Shown in pieces: positions 24,058-34,136 of a stretch of 36,318 nt of DNA (positions within the stretch are counted from its first letter, which is position 1; each line of letters starts with the position of its first letter). The position numbers and the translations under genes were made by a program. The notes under the pieces were generated by a model. It saw only the letters and a program-made list of their open reading frames with translations, was not told the origin of the DNA and made no database searches. The stretch comes from a virus (lineage: Duplodnaviria > Caudoviricetes), in the IMG/VR virus record IMGVR_UViG_3300020128_000050, positions 1 through 36,318 of that record, one strand, 5' to 3'.

Positions 24058-25970
24058 ACGTCCGGCCAGGCCGCGTCCCGGCGCGCAAGACGGCGCAGAA
24101 GCCGAAGACCTACGAGGCCTATTCCTTCCCGGCCCCGACCCTGGGCCTGATGGCGATGAACAATCTTGCCGTGTCGGTTCCTGGCTCGGCCGAGGTGCTG
24201 GAAAACTGGTTTCCGACCGCGACCGGCGCGATCATGCGTCGTGGGAAGTTGCTTTACGCAACGCTGGGCTCGGGCGCTTCCCCGACAACCTCGATATTCT
24301 CTTATGTCGTGGGCTCGCAGCGCGAGCTTTTCGCCGCCACCGAAAACGCAATCTACAATATCACCACCGTTTTGCAGCCGAAGAACATGGTGATCGGGAC
24401 GGAAAACGACGACATCATCGGCACCGAAGACGGCGACATGATCGGCCTCACGTCCACAGATGGGCTTGACGTTCTGTCCGGCCTGACGGGTGGCAATTGG
24501 GTTGTGGTGCAGTTTGCCACGACAGGCGGCGTGTTCCTGGTCGGCGTCAACGGCGCTGACCCGGCTTTCCAATACGATGGAACCACATTCTACCCCAATA
24601 CGCCTGGGGGGCTTTGGCGGCTGAACTATGACGCCGAAACCGTGGCGTTCACGGCTGGCGAAACCCTGACCGGTGGAACATCGGCGGCAACGGCGGTTAT
24701 TGTCACGGTTGAGGCCGATCACCTGATCCTCAAGAACATCACGGGCGAGCCGTTTCAGGACAACGAGGCGATTACTGACGGGAATGGTGGCGCGGCCACG
24801 GCCAATGGCGCCGAGGTTTTGGTGTCGCCCGGCACCGGCATTACGTTCCCGGCCGGTTCGACGCTGACGACTGCCGATCTGTCCTATGCATGGATTTACA
24901 AAAACCGCATCTGGTTCCTGCAAAAGGACAGCCTTTCAGCCTGGTATCTGCCAGTTGACCAAATCGGCGGGGAACTGACCGAATTTCCGCTGGGCGGCGT
25001 CTTGGGCAAGGGCGGGCATCTCGTCTTTGGGGCTACATGGTCGCAGGACGTTGGCGACGGGCTCAATGCGCTATGTGCTTTTGTTTCGTCTGAGGGCGAG
25101 GCTGCGGTTTACCAGGGCTCCAATCCCTCCGAGGCAAACGATTGGGGAATTGTCGGTGTCTACCAGACCGGCAAGCCGATGGGGCCGAAAGCGCATGTGC
25201 AGATCGGTGGCGACATTGCCATGGCCTCCGATATTGCCTTTGTGCCGCTTTCCGAGGCGCTGAGGCGGGAATACAGCCAGCTTGGGGCAAACAGCCTTTC
25301 CGCGCCTATTGAGGCGATGTGGCCAGAGGAAGTGGAGCGGCGAGGCGCTGAGCCGTGGCATTGCGAACTCTGGACGGCGCGTCAGATGGTGGTGGTAGGC
25401 CTGCCCACTGTCAATAATGAGCAGCCATCCATGTTGGTGATGAATTCGCGCACCGGGAAATGGGCCCGGTTCACCAATTGGGGCTCGACCTGCCTGCATG
25501 TGTTCAATGACCGCCTGTTTATAGGCGATACAGCCGGGCGTGTGTTCGAGGCCAATGTGGCCGGGCTGGATGATGGCAAGCCGTACACCGCAACCTATCT
25601 TCCCTCGTTCGATCAGATGGAAAAGCCGGGGCTGAAAACGGTGCATATGGTCCGCGCCGTGCTCCGCGCTCCATTCCCCGTCGATGAGCAGATGAGCACT
25701 CATATGGACTACACCATCAGCATGCCAGCAGCGCCGGCGGCAACATCAGTCAGTGCGCCGGGCGTTTGGGGTGACCCGGCGTCTATCTGGGGGCAATTCA
25801 ATTGGGGCGATAAGGCAGACAAGGCGGTCCAGCAGGATTGGTGCAGCCAGTCTGGAGATGGCGAAGTGATTTCCATCGGAGTGCAGATTACCAGCGGGTC
25901 CATTGTTCCACTGGATGCGGAATTGGTGAGGACGGACGTGCTGTTTACGGTGGGGAGCGTGTTGACGTGA
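24054..25970 (+). CDS. Tail nozzle / DNA stabilisation protein (tubular protein B or P22 gp10-like)
   Basis: 638 aa, beta-rich; FPAPTLG, ENWFPT, YKNRIWF; follows the adaptors. Confidence 0.8.
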   Translation: MNVRPGRVPARKTAQKPKTYEAYSFPAPTLGLMAMNNLAVSVPGSAEVLENWFPTATGAIMRRGKLLYATLGSGASPTTSIFSYVVGSQRELFAATENAIYNITTVLQPKNMVIGTENDDIIGTEDGDMIGLTSTDGLDVLSGLTGGNWVVVQFATTGGVFLVGVNGADPAFQYDGTTFYPNTPGGLWRLNYDAETVAFTAGETLTGGTSAATAVIVTVEADHLILKNITGEPFQDNEAITDGNGGAATANGAEVLVSPGTGITFPAGSTLTTADLSYAWIYKNRIWFLQKDSLSAWYLPVDQIGGELTEFPLGGVLGKGGHLVFGATWSQDVGDGLNALCAFVSSEGEAAVYQGSNPSEANDWGIVGVYQTGKPMGPKAHVQIGGDIAMASDIAFVPLSEALRREYSQLGANSLSAPIEAMWPEEVERRGAEPWHCELWTARQMVVVGLPTVNNEQPSMLVMNSRTGKWARFTNWGSTCLHVFNDRLFIGDTAGRVFEANVAGLDDGKPYTATYLPSFDQMEKPGLKTVHMVRAVLRAPFPVDEQMSTHMDYTISMPAAPAATSVSAPGVWGDPASIWGQFNWGDKADKAVQQDWCSQSGDGEVISIGVQITSGSIVPLDAELVRTDVLFTVGSVLT

Positions 25971-26428
25971 CCTATGCCATAGCCCGCGAGAATGGCTCGG
26001 AAAACCTGTCCGAGCTTTTCCCGCTCTACGCCACGCATTACCAGGAAATGCAGGAGCGGCTGGCAAGTGACGGCATCGTGGTCAGCCCCTTCAATCCTCA
26101 AATTGATGCGTATATCGCGCAATGGGAGGCCGGAACGCTGCTCAATTACACTGTCCGCCATGAGGGCAGGGCGGTCGGGTACAGCAACGTTTATCTTGCC
26201 CGCGACATGCACAATAGCGACCTGATCGCTCAAGAGGACACCATATTCGTCCTTAAAGAGCATCGGAACGGTGTTGGCAGGCGGCTGGTGCGCTTCGTGC
26301 TCGCTGACCTGAAAGAGCGCGGCGTAAAGAGAGCATACGTCACCGCCATGACCGACCTTAGGGTTGCTCCAATTTGGCAGCGGATGGGCTTTAAGCCCGC
26401 CGCGACAGCCATGATTTACACCTTCTAG
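25967..26428 (+). CDS. GNAT-family acetyltransferase in the virion module
   Basis: GTGA overlap; IFVLKEHRNGVGRRLV motif A and WQRMGF. Confidence 0.85.
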   Translation: MTYAIARENGSENLSELFPLYATHYQEMQERLASDGIVVSPFNPQIDAYIAQWEAGTLLNYTVRHEGRAVGYSNVYLARDMHNSDLIAQEDTIFVLKEHRNGVGRRLVRFVLADLKERGVKRAYVTAMTDLRVAPIWQRMGFKPAATAMIYTF

Positions 26429-26439
26429 AGGTACTGCTT

Positions 26440-27453
26440 ATGTGCGCGCCAAAGGCCCCCGCCGCTCCCGATCCCAAAGAGACCTCTGCCGCCTCCACCG
26501 GCACGAATGTCGCCACGGCAATCGCCAATGCGTACATGAACAACTACAACCAGGTCACGCCGGATGGCTCCCTGAGTTTCGAAACCACCGGCTATGAGGA
26601 TTTCACCGATCCTTATACCGGCCAGACCTATAAAATCCCGACCCGGACAGCGACACAGACGCTCTCCGAAACCAATCAGGCGATCAAGAACCAGACCGAC
26701 GCCGCCACGCTCGGGCTCGCGGGCACAGCCAATCAACTGGCCTCTAACGCACAGGCCGGGCTCGCCAGCCCGTTCGAATTCAACAATTCGGACGCGGAGC
26801 AATGGGCTTACGATCTCGCCAGTCCCCGCATTCTGGCGCAGCAGGGGCAGAACGAGGCAGCACTGCGCACCACCCTCGCCAACAAGGGTATTCGGGAGGG
26901 CTCGGCGGCGTGGAATAATGAAATGAACCGCCTAACCCAAGGCAACAGCGATCAGCTCAACCAGTTGGCGCTTTCTGGCCGGCAACAGGCGTATAATGAG
27001 GCCCGCGACCAATATACCCTGCCGTTGAATACCCTCACCGCCATGCTTTCGGGCTCGCAGGTGTCGCAGCCGAACTATGTCAATCCCAACGCTTCGCCCA
27101 TTCCGACCACGGATAATGCCGGGATCATAAATCAGGATTACCAGAACCGCCTAGGCGCTTATCAACAGCAGATGAGCCAGTGGAATGGCGTCATGGGCGG
27201 CCTGATGGGCCTTGGGGGTAGGCTGATCGGCCTATCCGACGAGCGCGCCAAGAAAGACAAGAAGAAGGTCGGCAAGATCGATGGAATGGGGCTCTACGAG
27301 TTCCGATACAAAGGCGAGCCGTCCAGCCAGCCAAAGCATGTCGGCCTGATGGCGCAGGAAGTCGAGCGCAAGAAGCCCGGCGCGGTCCACACTGGCCGCG
27401 ACGGTCTCAAGCGCGTCGATTACGGGAAGGCCCTGGGCCTCATGGGGGCATAA
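26440..27453 (+). CDS. Ejection (DNA-transfer) protein with a C-terminal peptidase S74 / auto-cleaving chaperone domain
   Basis: Q/N/A-rich body, Gly-rich hydrophobic stretch, then LSDERAK...LYEFRYK...GLMAQEVE...VDY. Confidence 0.8.
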   Translation: MCAPKAPAAPDPKETSAASTGTNVATAIANAYMNNYNQVTPDGSLSFETTGYEDFTDPYTGQTYKIPTRTATQTLSETNQAIKNQTDAATLGLAGTANQLASNAQAGLASPFEFNNSDAEQWAYDLASPRILAQQGQNEAALRTTLANKGIREGSAAWNNEMNRLTQGNSDQLNQLALSGRQQAYNEARDQYTLPLNTLTAMLSGSQVSQPNYVNPNASPIPTTDNAGIINQDYQNRLGAYQQQMSQWNGVMGGLMGLGGRLIGLSDERAKKDKKKVGKIDGMGLYEFRYKGEPSSQPKHVGLMAQEVERKKPGAVHTGRDGLKRVDYGKALGLMGA

Positions 27454-27455
27454 CC

Positions 27456-29243
27456 ATGCTGCAATTCAACTTCGATGCCACCAAGGGCGAAACGCCCGCC
27501 AGCATCGCGCAGAAGCGCGCCCTCGTCGCGCAGATCATGGGATCGTCGCGGGCGCCGCAGAACGTGGGTGAGGGCTTTTCTGCCATAGGCGACGGCATTG
27601 TTGCCAATGTTCTGGGCCGGCGCGCCGAGGAAGGTGAAGCGGCAGGACAGGCGAGCGCGCAAGAGTCCATGAACCCGATATATGCCATGCTGATGGGGCA
27701 GGGCGCAGGCATCCCCGCCACGGCTTCTGATGCTGCCGGCGCGATGGCGGGCGGTGACTTCCTTTCCGGCCTAGTCAACTCCGAAAGCGGAGGCAACTGG
27801 CAGGCTCTCAATGATGAAGGCTATGGTGGTCGGCTGCAATTCGGTGATGCCCGCTTGGCTGATGCTGCCCGAGCTGGTGTTATCCCCGCAGGAATGACAG
27901 GCGCCGACTTCTCGAGGATGCCGCCAGAAGTGCAGCAGGCCGTCGAGCAGTGGCATTTTGGTGATATTGACCAGCAGGCCGCCAACATGGGCCTGAACCA
28001 ATATTTCGGCCAGACCATCGGCGGCGTACCGATCAATGCCGATAGCATCCGCGCCATGGCGCACCTTGGTGGCATTGGCGGAGCGCAGCGGTTCATTGAA
28101 AGCGGCGGGCGGTACAACCCCGCCGACAGCAACGGAACCCGCCTCAGTGACTACGGGACGCGGTTTGGTGGAGGCGGCTCTGCGCCGACACAAGTCGCGC
28201 AAGGCCCGGATCTCGCCTATCTCATGCAGGCCGCCAGCAACCCATGGCTTAACGATAGCCAGAAGTCTGTCATCAACTCGATGATTGCCCAGCAGATGGA
28301 ACAATCCGATCCGCGCTATCAACAGCAGTTGCGGGCGGGGGATTTGGGCATCCAGAAGGCGGAGATGGAGCTTGAGGCCCTGCGCAATCCTGCCGTGGAC
28401 CCGTGGAGTAACACGAAGGTCATCAATGACCAGGTTGTGCAAATGGGGCCGGAGGGCCCGCAGGCCGTGGGTGATTTCCGCACGCAGGACCAATATCGCC
28501 AGCTTACCCCGGAGGAAATCGGCCAGCGCGGCCTCGATCCTAATAAGGTTTGGCAGGTCGGTCCTGACAATAAGCTGTCTGAGGCCGGCGGGTCGCTGGT
28601 CACGGTCAACACTGGAGACAGCCAGACGCCGGGATGGAAAAAGATCGATGAGGCATTCGCGCCGCTCTATTTCGACTGGCAGGCGGGTGGCTGGGCCGAT
28701 ACCGGCAAGCAGGTGGACCAGCTGAACGAGGCCCTTGGCATCCTCGAAAGTGGCCAAGAAGTGACCGGCCCAATGCAGGGGGCAATCAACCGTCTTGGCC
28801 TCGGCGCGCTGTTCAACCAAGATGGGACCATCGCCAAGGAGAACGTGGAAGAAGTCGTTCAGCGGTCCTTGCGCGAAATCCTCGGGGCGCAGTTCACCGA
28901 GAACGAAGGACAGCGCCTCATTGCTCGCGCCTTCAACGATCAATTGCCGCCAGCAGAGAACGCCAAGCGCGTCCGCCGCCTGCTGCAAACCATCCAGGGC
29001 ATGGCAGATAGCAAGCAGGCCATGGTTGACCACTTCAATGCCAATGGAACGCTCTATGGGTATCAGGGGAAGCAGCCAACGTTGGCGGAAATTCGGGCAT
29101 TTGACTTTGGCGATGCGCCTGGTGGGCCGGGGCAACCGAACCAGTCTCAGGCGCAGCAGATTTCGACCCAAGAACAGTATGACGCCCTGCCATCCGGCTC
29201 CCCCTATCTGGCCCCGGATGGCACGATCAGGACGAAACGCTAA
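27456..29243 (+). CDS. Ejection protein with a lysozyme-like (lytic transglycosylase-type) domain
   Basis: LVNSESGGNWQALN..GYGGRLQFG...AMAHLGG; Q-rich helical remainder. Confidence 0.78.
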   Translation: MLQFNFDATKGETPASIAQKRALVAQIMGSSRAPQNVGEGFSAIGDGIVANVLGRRAEEGEAAGQASAQESMNPIYAMLMGQGAGIPATASDAAGAMAGGDFLSGLVNSESGGNWQALNDEGYGGRLQFGDARLADAARAGVIPAGMTGADFSRMPPEVQQAVEQWHFGDIDQQAANMGLNQYFGQTIGGVPINADSIRAMAHLGGIGGAQRFIESGGRYNPADSNGTRLSDYGTRFGGGGSAPTQVAQGPDLAYLMQAASNPWLNDSQKSVINSMIAQQMEQSDPRYQQQLRAGDLGIQKAEMELEALRNPAVDPWSNTKVINDQVVQMGPEGPQAVGDFRTQDQYRQLTPEEIGQRGLDPNKVWQVGPDNKLSEAGGSLVTVNTGDSQTPGWKKIDEAFAPLYFDWQAGGWADTGKQVDQLNEALGILESGQEVTGPMQGAINRLGLGALFNQDGTIAKENVEEVVQRSLREILGAQFTENEGQRLIARAFNDQLPPAENAKRVRRLLQTIQGMADSKQAMVDHFNANGTLYGYQGKQPTLAEIRAFDFGDAPGGPGQPNQSQAQQISTQEQYDALPSGSPYLAPDGTIRTKR

Positions 29244-31294
29244 TGGCTAACTTCTGGGAAAACGACGAGGTTGCTGGCGGGCAGTCGCAAGCTCGCGTCA
29301 ATTTCTGGGATCAAGACGCGCTCTCCGGCGATCCGCCCATGCTGGGCACCACGGCCCCTGTGCCTGCGCCAGAGGCGTGGAACCCGCTGCTTGGTCTGTC
29401 GCGCGATGTGGTGAATGGCGTCCCGATCCTTGGCCCGCTCTATACCGGGGCAGTGGACGCGGTGACGACGCGGCTTGCTGGCATGCTGACGGGCGAAGAC
29501 CCGCAGGCCATCAAGGATAGGGTCTATGCCAAACAGGATGCCTACGAGGCAGAAAACCCCGTTCTGTCCACTGTAGGCCAAATGGCCGGCGGTGTGGCTG
29601 CTATGGCCCCTCTTGGCATGACGGCGGCAGGTGCGCGAGCGCTGGGCGTTGCGCCAGGGCAGGGGTTGCTATCGCGCGGCCTTTGGGGTGGCGGGTCAGG
29701 CATGGCAATATCAGGTGCGGATAGCTTGGCGCGCGGCAACGACCTTACTACTGCCGGCCTTACCGCGCTCGGCGGGGGCCTGATCGGCGCAGGTGGCGGC
29801 GCGATGGCGCCGTACCTCGGGGCGGCAGTGAGCAAGGCGGGGCAGGTGGGGCGAAAAGCGCTCGGGCTCGCCCCCGCCGCCGGCGACGTGGGGATTTCTC
29901 GTCCGGCTGCCGATATTCTCACAAGAGCCATGAATGCGGACAACACGCTTGGCAATCAGGCGGCGGTGAACATGTCTCAGGCCGGGCCGCGCGCCATGAT
30001 GGCTGATGCCGGCCCCAATACTATGTCGCTGCTGGACACCGCCATTCAGCGCAGCGGGCCGGGATCGCGTGTGGCTTTGGATGCCGTAGAGCGCCGTGCC
30101 GCTGGTGCCAATTCTGATATTGTTGAGGCGCTGAATGCTGGCCTTGGGAACCCCGAAGGTGTCTATACCGCGACCAATGCTCTGCGAACCGGGTCCGCGC
30201 CAGCAAGGGATGCCGCATATCGGGCCGCATATGCCTCTCCCATCGACTATTCGTCCGATGCTGGCCGCTCGATTGAAAGCCTGATGGGGCGCGTCCCGCA
30301 ATCAGCAATCAATGCGGCAAACAATCTGATGAAGGTCGAGGGATCGACCTCAAGGCAGATCATGGCGCAGATTGCTGACGATGGGTCCGTGCGCTTTGTC
30401 GAGATGCCCAGCGTCGAGCAACTGGACTATATCACGCGCGCCCTCAACACGGTGGCGCAAGGAACGGAGGGCTCCGGTGCCCTTGGTGGCATGACTGATG
30501 TGGGGCGGGCTTATCGGAACCTCGCGCGCGATATCCGCGGCGCCACCAAGGAGGCGGCTCCGGCCTACGCCAACGCACTGGAAACCGCCGCCACGCCGAT
30601 CCAGCAGCGGGAAGCGTTGGAATTCGGGACTACGATGCTCCGCCCCAATGTCGCCCGCGATGAAGTCGCAGACGTTATTGGCGGGATGACTGGCCCTCAG
30701 CGCGAATACGCCAAGCAAGGCGTTCGGGCGCAAATTGACGAAGCGATTGCCAATGTGCGCGCCGTTGTGTCGGACCCGAACCTTGACGCCAGGGAGGCGA
30801 AAAAGGCCTTGCAAGACCTTTCCAGCCGCGCCGCACGAGACAAAATCCGGCTGTTGATCGGTGATGACAATGTGGCGGACGCCATGTTTAGGCGGCTGGA
30901 TGAAGCGAGTCGATCTCTTGAGCTTCGCGCCAATGTGGCGACGAATAGTCGGACCTTCGCCCGTGAAAACATGAACAACACCGTCCAGTCCTATATCAAC
31001 GACGGCGCATGGAACCAGGCGCTTCAGGGTAAACCCTTCGACGCCACGCAGTCTATTGTTCAAGCACTGACCGGACGAAACGCGCAGGGCAGAACAGAGA
31101 TTGCCGATAAGGTCTATTCAGAGATTGCCGGACTGCTCACGCAAAGCCCTGATGTTGGCATGGACCTGATTTCTGGACTGGCCGCCCGGCAGGCCTTGGC
31201 CGGGAATCCACGCATTGGCGCTGCACTTGCCCCCGGTGCTGCAAATGCCACGACGCGGCAGGTTGCGGAAATGCTGCTAGGGAACGTCCCTTAG
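29243..31294 (+). CDS. Large Ala/Gly-rich ejection protein
   Basis: 683 aa, third of the trio, TAATG coupling, Gly/Ala-rich membrane-like segments. Confidence 0.75.
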   Translation: MANFWENDEVAGGQSQARVNFWDQDALSGDPPMLGTTAPVPAPEAWNPLLGLSRDVVNGVPILGPLYTGAVDAVTTRLAGMLTGEDPQAIKDRVYAKQDAYEAENPVLSTVGQMAGGVAAMAPLGMTAAGARALGVAPGQGLLSRGLWGGGSGMAISGADSLARGNDLTTAGLTALGGGLIGAGGGAMAPYLGAAVSKAGQVGRKALGLAPAAGDVGISRPAADILTRAMNADNTLGNQAAVNMSQAGPRAMMADAGPNTMSLLDTAIQRSGPGSRVALDAVERRAAGANSDIVEALNAGLGNPEGVYTATNALRTGSAPARDAAYRAAYASPIDYSSDAGRSIESLMGRVPQSAINAANNLMKVEGSTSRQIMAQIADDGSVRFVEMPSVEQLDYITRALNTVAQGTEGSGALGGMTDVGRAYRNLARDIRGATKEAAPAYANALETAATPIQQREALEFGTTMLRPNVARDEVADVIGGMTGPQREYAKQGVRAQIDEAIANVRAVVSDPNLDAREAKKALQDLSSRAARDKIRLLIGDDNVADAMFRRLDEASRSLELRANVATNSRTFARENMNNTVQSYINDGAWNQALQGKPFDATQSIVQALTGRNAQGRTEIADKVYSEIAGLLTQSPDVGMDLISGLAARQALAGNPRIGAALAPGAANATTRQVAEMLLGNVP

Positions 31295-31510
31295 CAGGAC
31301 CCCGACGATCGCGCCGATCAATGCGCCTGCAAATATACCTAGGCTAACTTGCACCCATGCTTGTGGGGCACCCGCGTATGCGAGAAATGCGCCGAAAGCC
31401 GCGAAAAGCGGGATGCAAATAAAAAATGCCCGGTCATATTTCAGGACGCGCCGGGATTTGCCTTCTATTTCCTTCAATGCGGCCACCACGAACGCCACCA
31501 ACCCGGCCAC
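31277..31510 (-). CDS. Antisense moron membrane protein (two to three hydrophobic segments)
   Basis: Hydrophobic ORF convergent with the ejection gene; lower GC; start uncertain. Confidence 0.5.
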   Translation of the reverse strand: MAGLVAFVVAALKEIEGKSRRVLKYDRAFFICIPLFAAFGAFLAYAGAPQAWVQVSLGIFAGALIGAIVGVLLRDVP

Positions 31511-31686
31511 GCACTCGCCACGGCGGTGAGCGCGATTAGGATGAGGATAATAAGAAGCAGGCGAATTATCTGTAACTCTTTAACTATCCGATTGGTGTTG
31601 TTGGTTGCATTCATCATCGCCCTCTCAGGAGGGGACGCCTTATCCCAGGCCAGATCATGCATAATATCCTCAACAACCTTGCTCAT
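31474..31686 (-). CDS. Antisense moron single-TM protein
   Basis: GAGGGG RBS before MSKVVEDIM; TM IIRLLLIILILIALTAVASAW. Confidence 0.65.
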   Translation of the reverse strand: MSKVVEDIMHDLAWDKASPPERAMMNATNNTNRIVKELQIIRLLLIILILIALTAVASAWPGWWRSWWPH

Positions 31687-31774
31687 CCCCTCTCGTCCTC
31701 CCTGCTTCATGAAAGGATAGATACCATGACAAAGACCTATCCGCCAATGACGCCGGGTCGGGCCAAGCAGGCTG

Positions 31775-32086
31775 TCAATTCGGTCGCGCGATCCGGTTGT
31801 CAATTGGTCGATCCACAACCACAAACCCGTCTCCTTGTTTCGGCCGGCCCCTCTCGTGCAAAATCGATTTGGGTATTGGCGTCTTTAGGAAATAATCAGC
31901 GTCAGGATTTGGGCTTCTCTCATAATCCAGTCCGGTCAAGCGAATTGCTCTGGCTGGCTCTTGCCCTGCTGGGTCAATCACTTCAACCCATTCGGGAACG
32001 AGCCAAAGCGCTCCTTCGTGCTCGATAGTGTCGATCTTATAGACGTTCCCGTCATCTGACCCGACGAGGGTGTACATCAGTTTCAT
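31775..32086 (-). CDS. Antisense moron soluble hypothetical protein
   Basis: GGAGG RBS before MKLMYTLVG; DTIEHEGALWLVPEW. Confidence 0.75.
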   Translation of the reverse strand: MKLMYTLVGSDDGNVYKIDTIEHEGALWLVPEWVEVIDPAGQEPARAIRLTGLDYERSPNPDADYFLKTPIPKSILHERGRPKQGDGFVVVDRPIDNRIARPN

Positions 32087-32140
32087 TTTTCCCGCCTCCC
32101 GCACGGCGAGATCAAACAACCCCCATCATTAAGAGTCCAT

Positions 32141-32165
32141 CCCCGCCCACAAGCGGGGCTTTTTC
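32141..32165 (+). terminator. Terminator-like hairpin before the tail fibre gene
   Basis: CCCCGC-CCACAA-GCGGGG-CTTTTT. Confidence 0.65.
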
Positions 32166-32179
32166 TATTGGAGCGATCT

Positions 32180-32968
32180 ATGCCCGTAGATTCCAACGGC
32201 AACGTCACCCGCCCTCCCAGCCCCATTCCTGTCTCGGGCCAGAACGCTGATGCGCCGCAGGTCAATGTTCCTGTGAATGACATTTATGCAATTCTGAACC
32301 TGGTGCCTTTCCTTGATGGGCGGAAACCCTTTCGTGGGCCAATCCCCATGAATGGCTATCAGGTGAAGGGGGCGGCAAACGCGACAGACCCGCAGGACTG
32401 CGTGACGCTGAGCCAGGTGCAGGCGATGATCGCCAGTATTGTTTCTATCCCGACCGGCGCCATCATGTTCATGGCTGGTGCGTCTGTGCCGACTGGCTGG
32501 TTGGTGATGAACGGGCAGGCGGTATCTCGATCCACCTATGCGGGCCTTTACGCCTTTGCCGCCTCCAGCGGGAATATGGCGGCCAGCGAAGGCGTGAAAA
32601 CTCATGGTCAGTTTGGTCCCGGAGACGGCTCTACCACCTTCACCTTGCCCAATCTCTATGCCGACAATGGTTATTTCATCCGGCCGGTTTCTTCTGGGAG
32701 AGGCATCGGAACGGTGCAGGCGGATGAGAACAGGAATCATTCTCACACCGGGTCCACTGGCTGGGCCGGCGCTCATGGTCATATCTATACTCGACCGCTA
32801 TCTGCGACGATTTTTTTGGGGCAGAACGCTGGTTCTGCTTACATCAGCGCCGAAGCTGCCAACACGGACACCGCACCAAACCACTCTCATTCTTTTACCA
32901 CGGATGCATCTGGGGGAACGGAGGCTCGCCCGCGAAATATTGCATATCCTGTCCTCATCAAGACTTAA
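32180..32968 (+). CDS. Tail fibre protein with a phage tail-collar domain
   Basis: IPTGAIMFMAG..VPTGWLVMNGQAVSRSTYAGLY...GDGSTTFTLPNL, HxH motifs, EARPRNIA. Confidence 0.9.
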   Translation: MPVDSNGNVTRPPSPIPVSGQNADAPQVNVPVNDIYAILNLVPFLDGRKPFRGPIPMNGYQVKGAANATDPQDCVTLSQVQAMIASIVSIPTGAIMFMAGASVPTGWLVMNGQAVSRSTYAGLYAFAASSGNMAASEGVKTHGQFGPGDGSTTFTLPNLYADNGYFIRPVSSGRGIGTVQADENRNHSHTGSTGWAGAHGHIYTRPLSATIFLGQNAGSAYISAEAANTDTAPNHSHSFTTDASGGTEARPRNIAYPVLIKT

Positions 32969-32990
32969 CCTCCCCCATCCGCCTGTTCGC

Positions 32991-33016
32991 GCCGCCCTCT
33001 GAGGCGGCTTTTTGTT
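32991..33016 (+). terminator. Terminator-like hairpin between the tail fibre genes
   Basis: GCCGCC-CTCTGA-GGCGGC-TTTTTGTT. Confidence 0.7.
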
Positions 33017-33028
33017 GTGGAGCCCACA

Positions 33029-34135
33029 ATGGCTAACGATATTGTCCGACCCTCTGCGCTGACAGAAGAACGAACCTCCCCCGTCGCCTCCGAATTTATG
33101 GTGGTGGACAACGGCGTCACCGTCGCCAAGGCGCGCATTGACAAGGTGGTTGCCGGTGGGCGCCCGCTGGCGAGCAAGCCAGAGGCAGAGGCCGGTGAAA
33201 ACACCGAAAAGGCGATGACACCACTTACCACTAAGCAGTCCATTGCTTACGAGGTCGGCAGGACAATTGCTTCCAAGGCCCAGGGAGATCTTGCGGACAC
33301 GGCGGTGCAGCCGAATGATCTGGCAACAGTCGCCACAACGGGTGATTATGACGACCTGTCTGGCAAGCCAACTCTCGGCACCGCTGCGGCGCAAAACGTC
33401 GAAGCATTCGCTACGGCCACTCAGGGGGGGAGAGCAGATACGGCGCTGCAACCCTCTGATGTGGGGTCTATGGCCTATGAGGATTCAGCCTCCTATGCGC
33501 CTATTTCGCGCGCCATGCCGCCAAGTGGGACTGCCGGTCAGGTACTAACCAAAGCGACTGGCGCTGATTACGATACGCAGTGGGCCAGTATCGATGCGAC
33601 CACTGCTGTTTCCTATGCTCCGCAAACCCTTACAGAGCCTCAGCAGGAGCAGGCTCGGGCAAATATAGGCCTTGGCGATGCAGAGATCAGAGCCATCGCC
33701 GGTCCGCGCCGCGCGACTGCTCTTTACACATCCAATGCGCTGCTTTCCACCACAATCCCGCTCTCTGGTGTTCCCACCAGTACGCAGGGCACTGAAGTTG
33801 CAACAGTTTCGTTTGCAGCGTCTTCGGCCACGGCGAAAGTCCGTATTGAATTCGACGCAATCGGTACTCATGAAACAGGCGACAATGCACTTTGTGCGAT
33901 TTTGTTGATTGACGATGAAGTGAATGCGAGGAGGCTCAGTTATGCCAATCCTCCGGGCCTCAGCTACACTGTCACCATGCGGTTGGTTTACGAGTATGTT
34001 CCAGGAGATACCGATTCACATACGTATCGTATTCGGGTTGGGTCGTCGGGCGGTTCTATGCGTCTTAACAGCAGTAGTGGTGGCGGGACTGTCGCTGCTA
34101 CTCTGACCGCAGAAGATACAGGAGAACCTCCCTAA
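33029..34135 (+). CDS. Tail fibre / receptor-binding protein
   Basis: Fibre shaft motifs MTPL, ADTAVQP, LATVATTGDYDDLSGKP, GTAGQVLTK, QTLT..QQEQARANIG; ends in CCC TAA. Confidence 0.85.
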   Translation: MANDIVRPSALTEERTSPVASEFMVVDNGVTVAKARIDKVVAGGRPLASKPEAEAGENTEKAMTPLTTKQSIAYEVGRTIASKAQGDLADTAVQPNDLATVATTGDYDDLSGKPTLGTAAAQNVEAFATATQGGRADTALQPSDVGSMAYEDSASYAPISRAMPPSGTAGQVLTKATGADYDTQWASIDATTAVSYAPQTLTEPQQEQARANIGLGDAEIRAIAGPRRATALYTSNALLSTTIPLSGVPTSTQGTEVATVSFAASSATAKVRIEFDAIGTHETGDNALCAILLIDDEVNARRLSYANPPGLSYTVTMRLVYEYVPGDTDSHTYRIRVGSSGGSMRLNSSSGGGTVAATLTAEDTGEPP

Positions 34136-34136
34136 A
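34120..34136 (+). other. Putative +1 programmed ribosomal frameshift site (AGGAG-N5-CCC TAA)
   Basis: CCC at 34130-34132 precedes the stop. The +1 frame (CCT AAA GCG...) runs open into the Kelch ORF. Confidence 0.7.
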
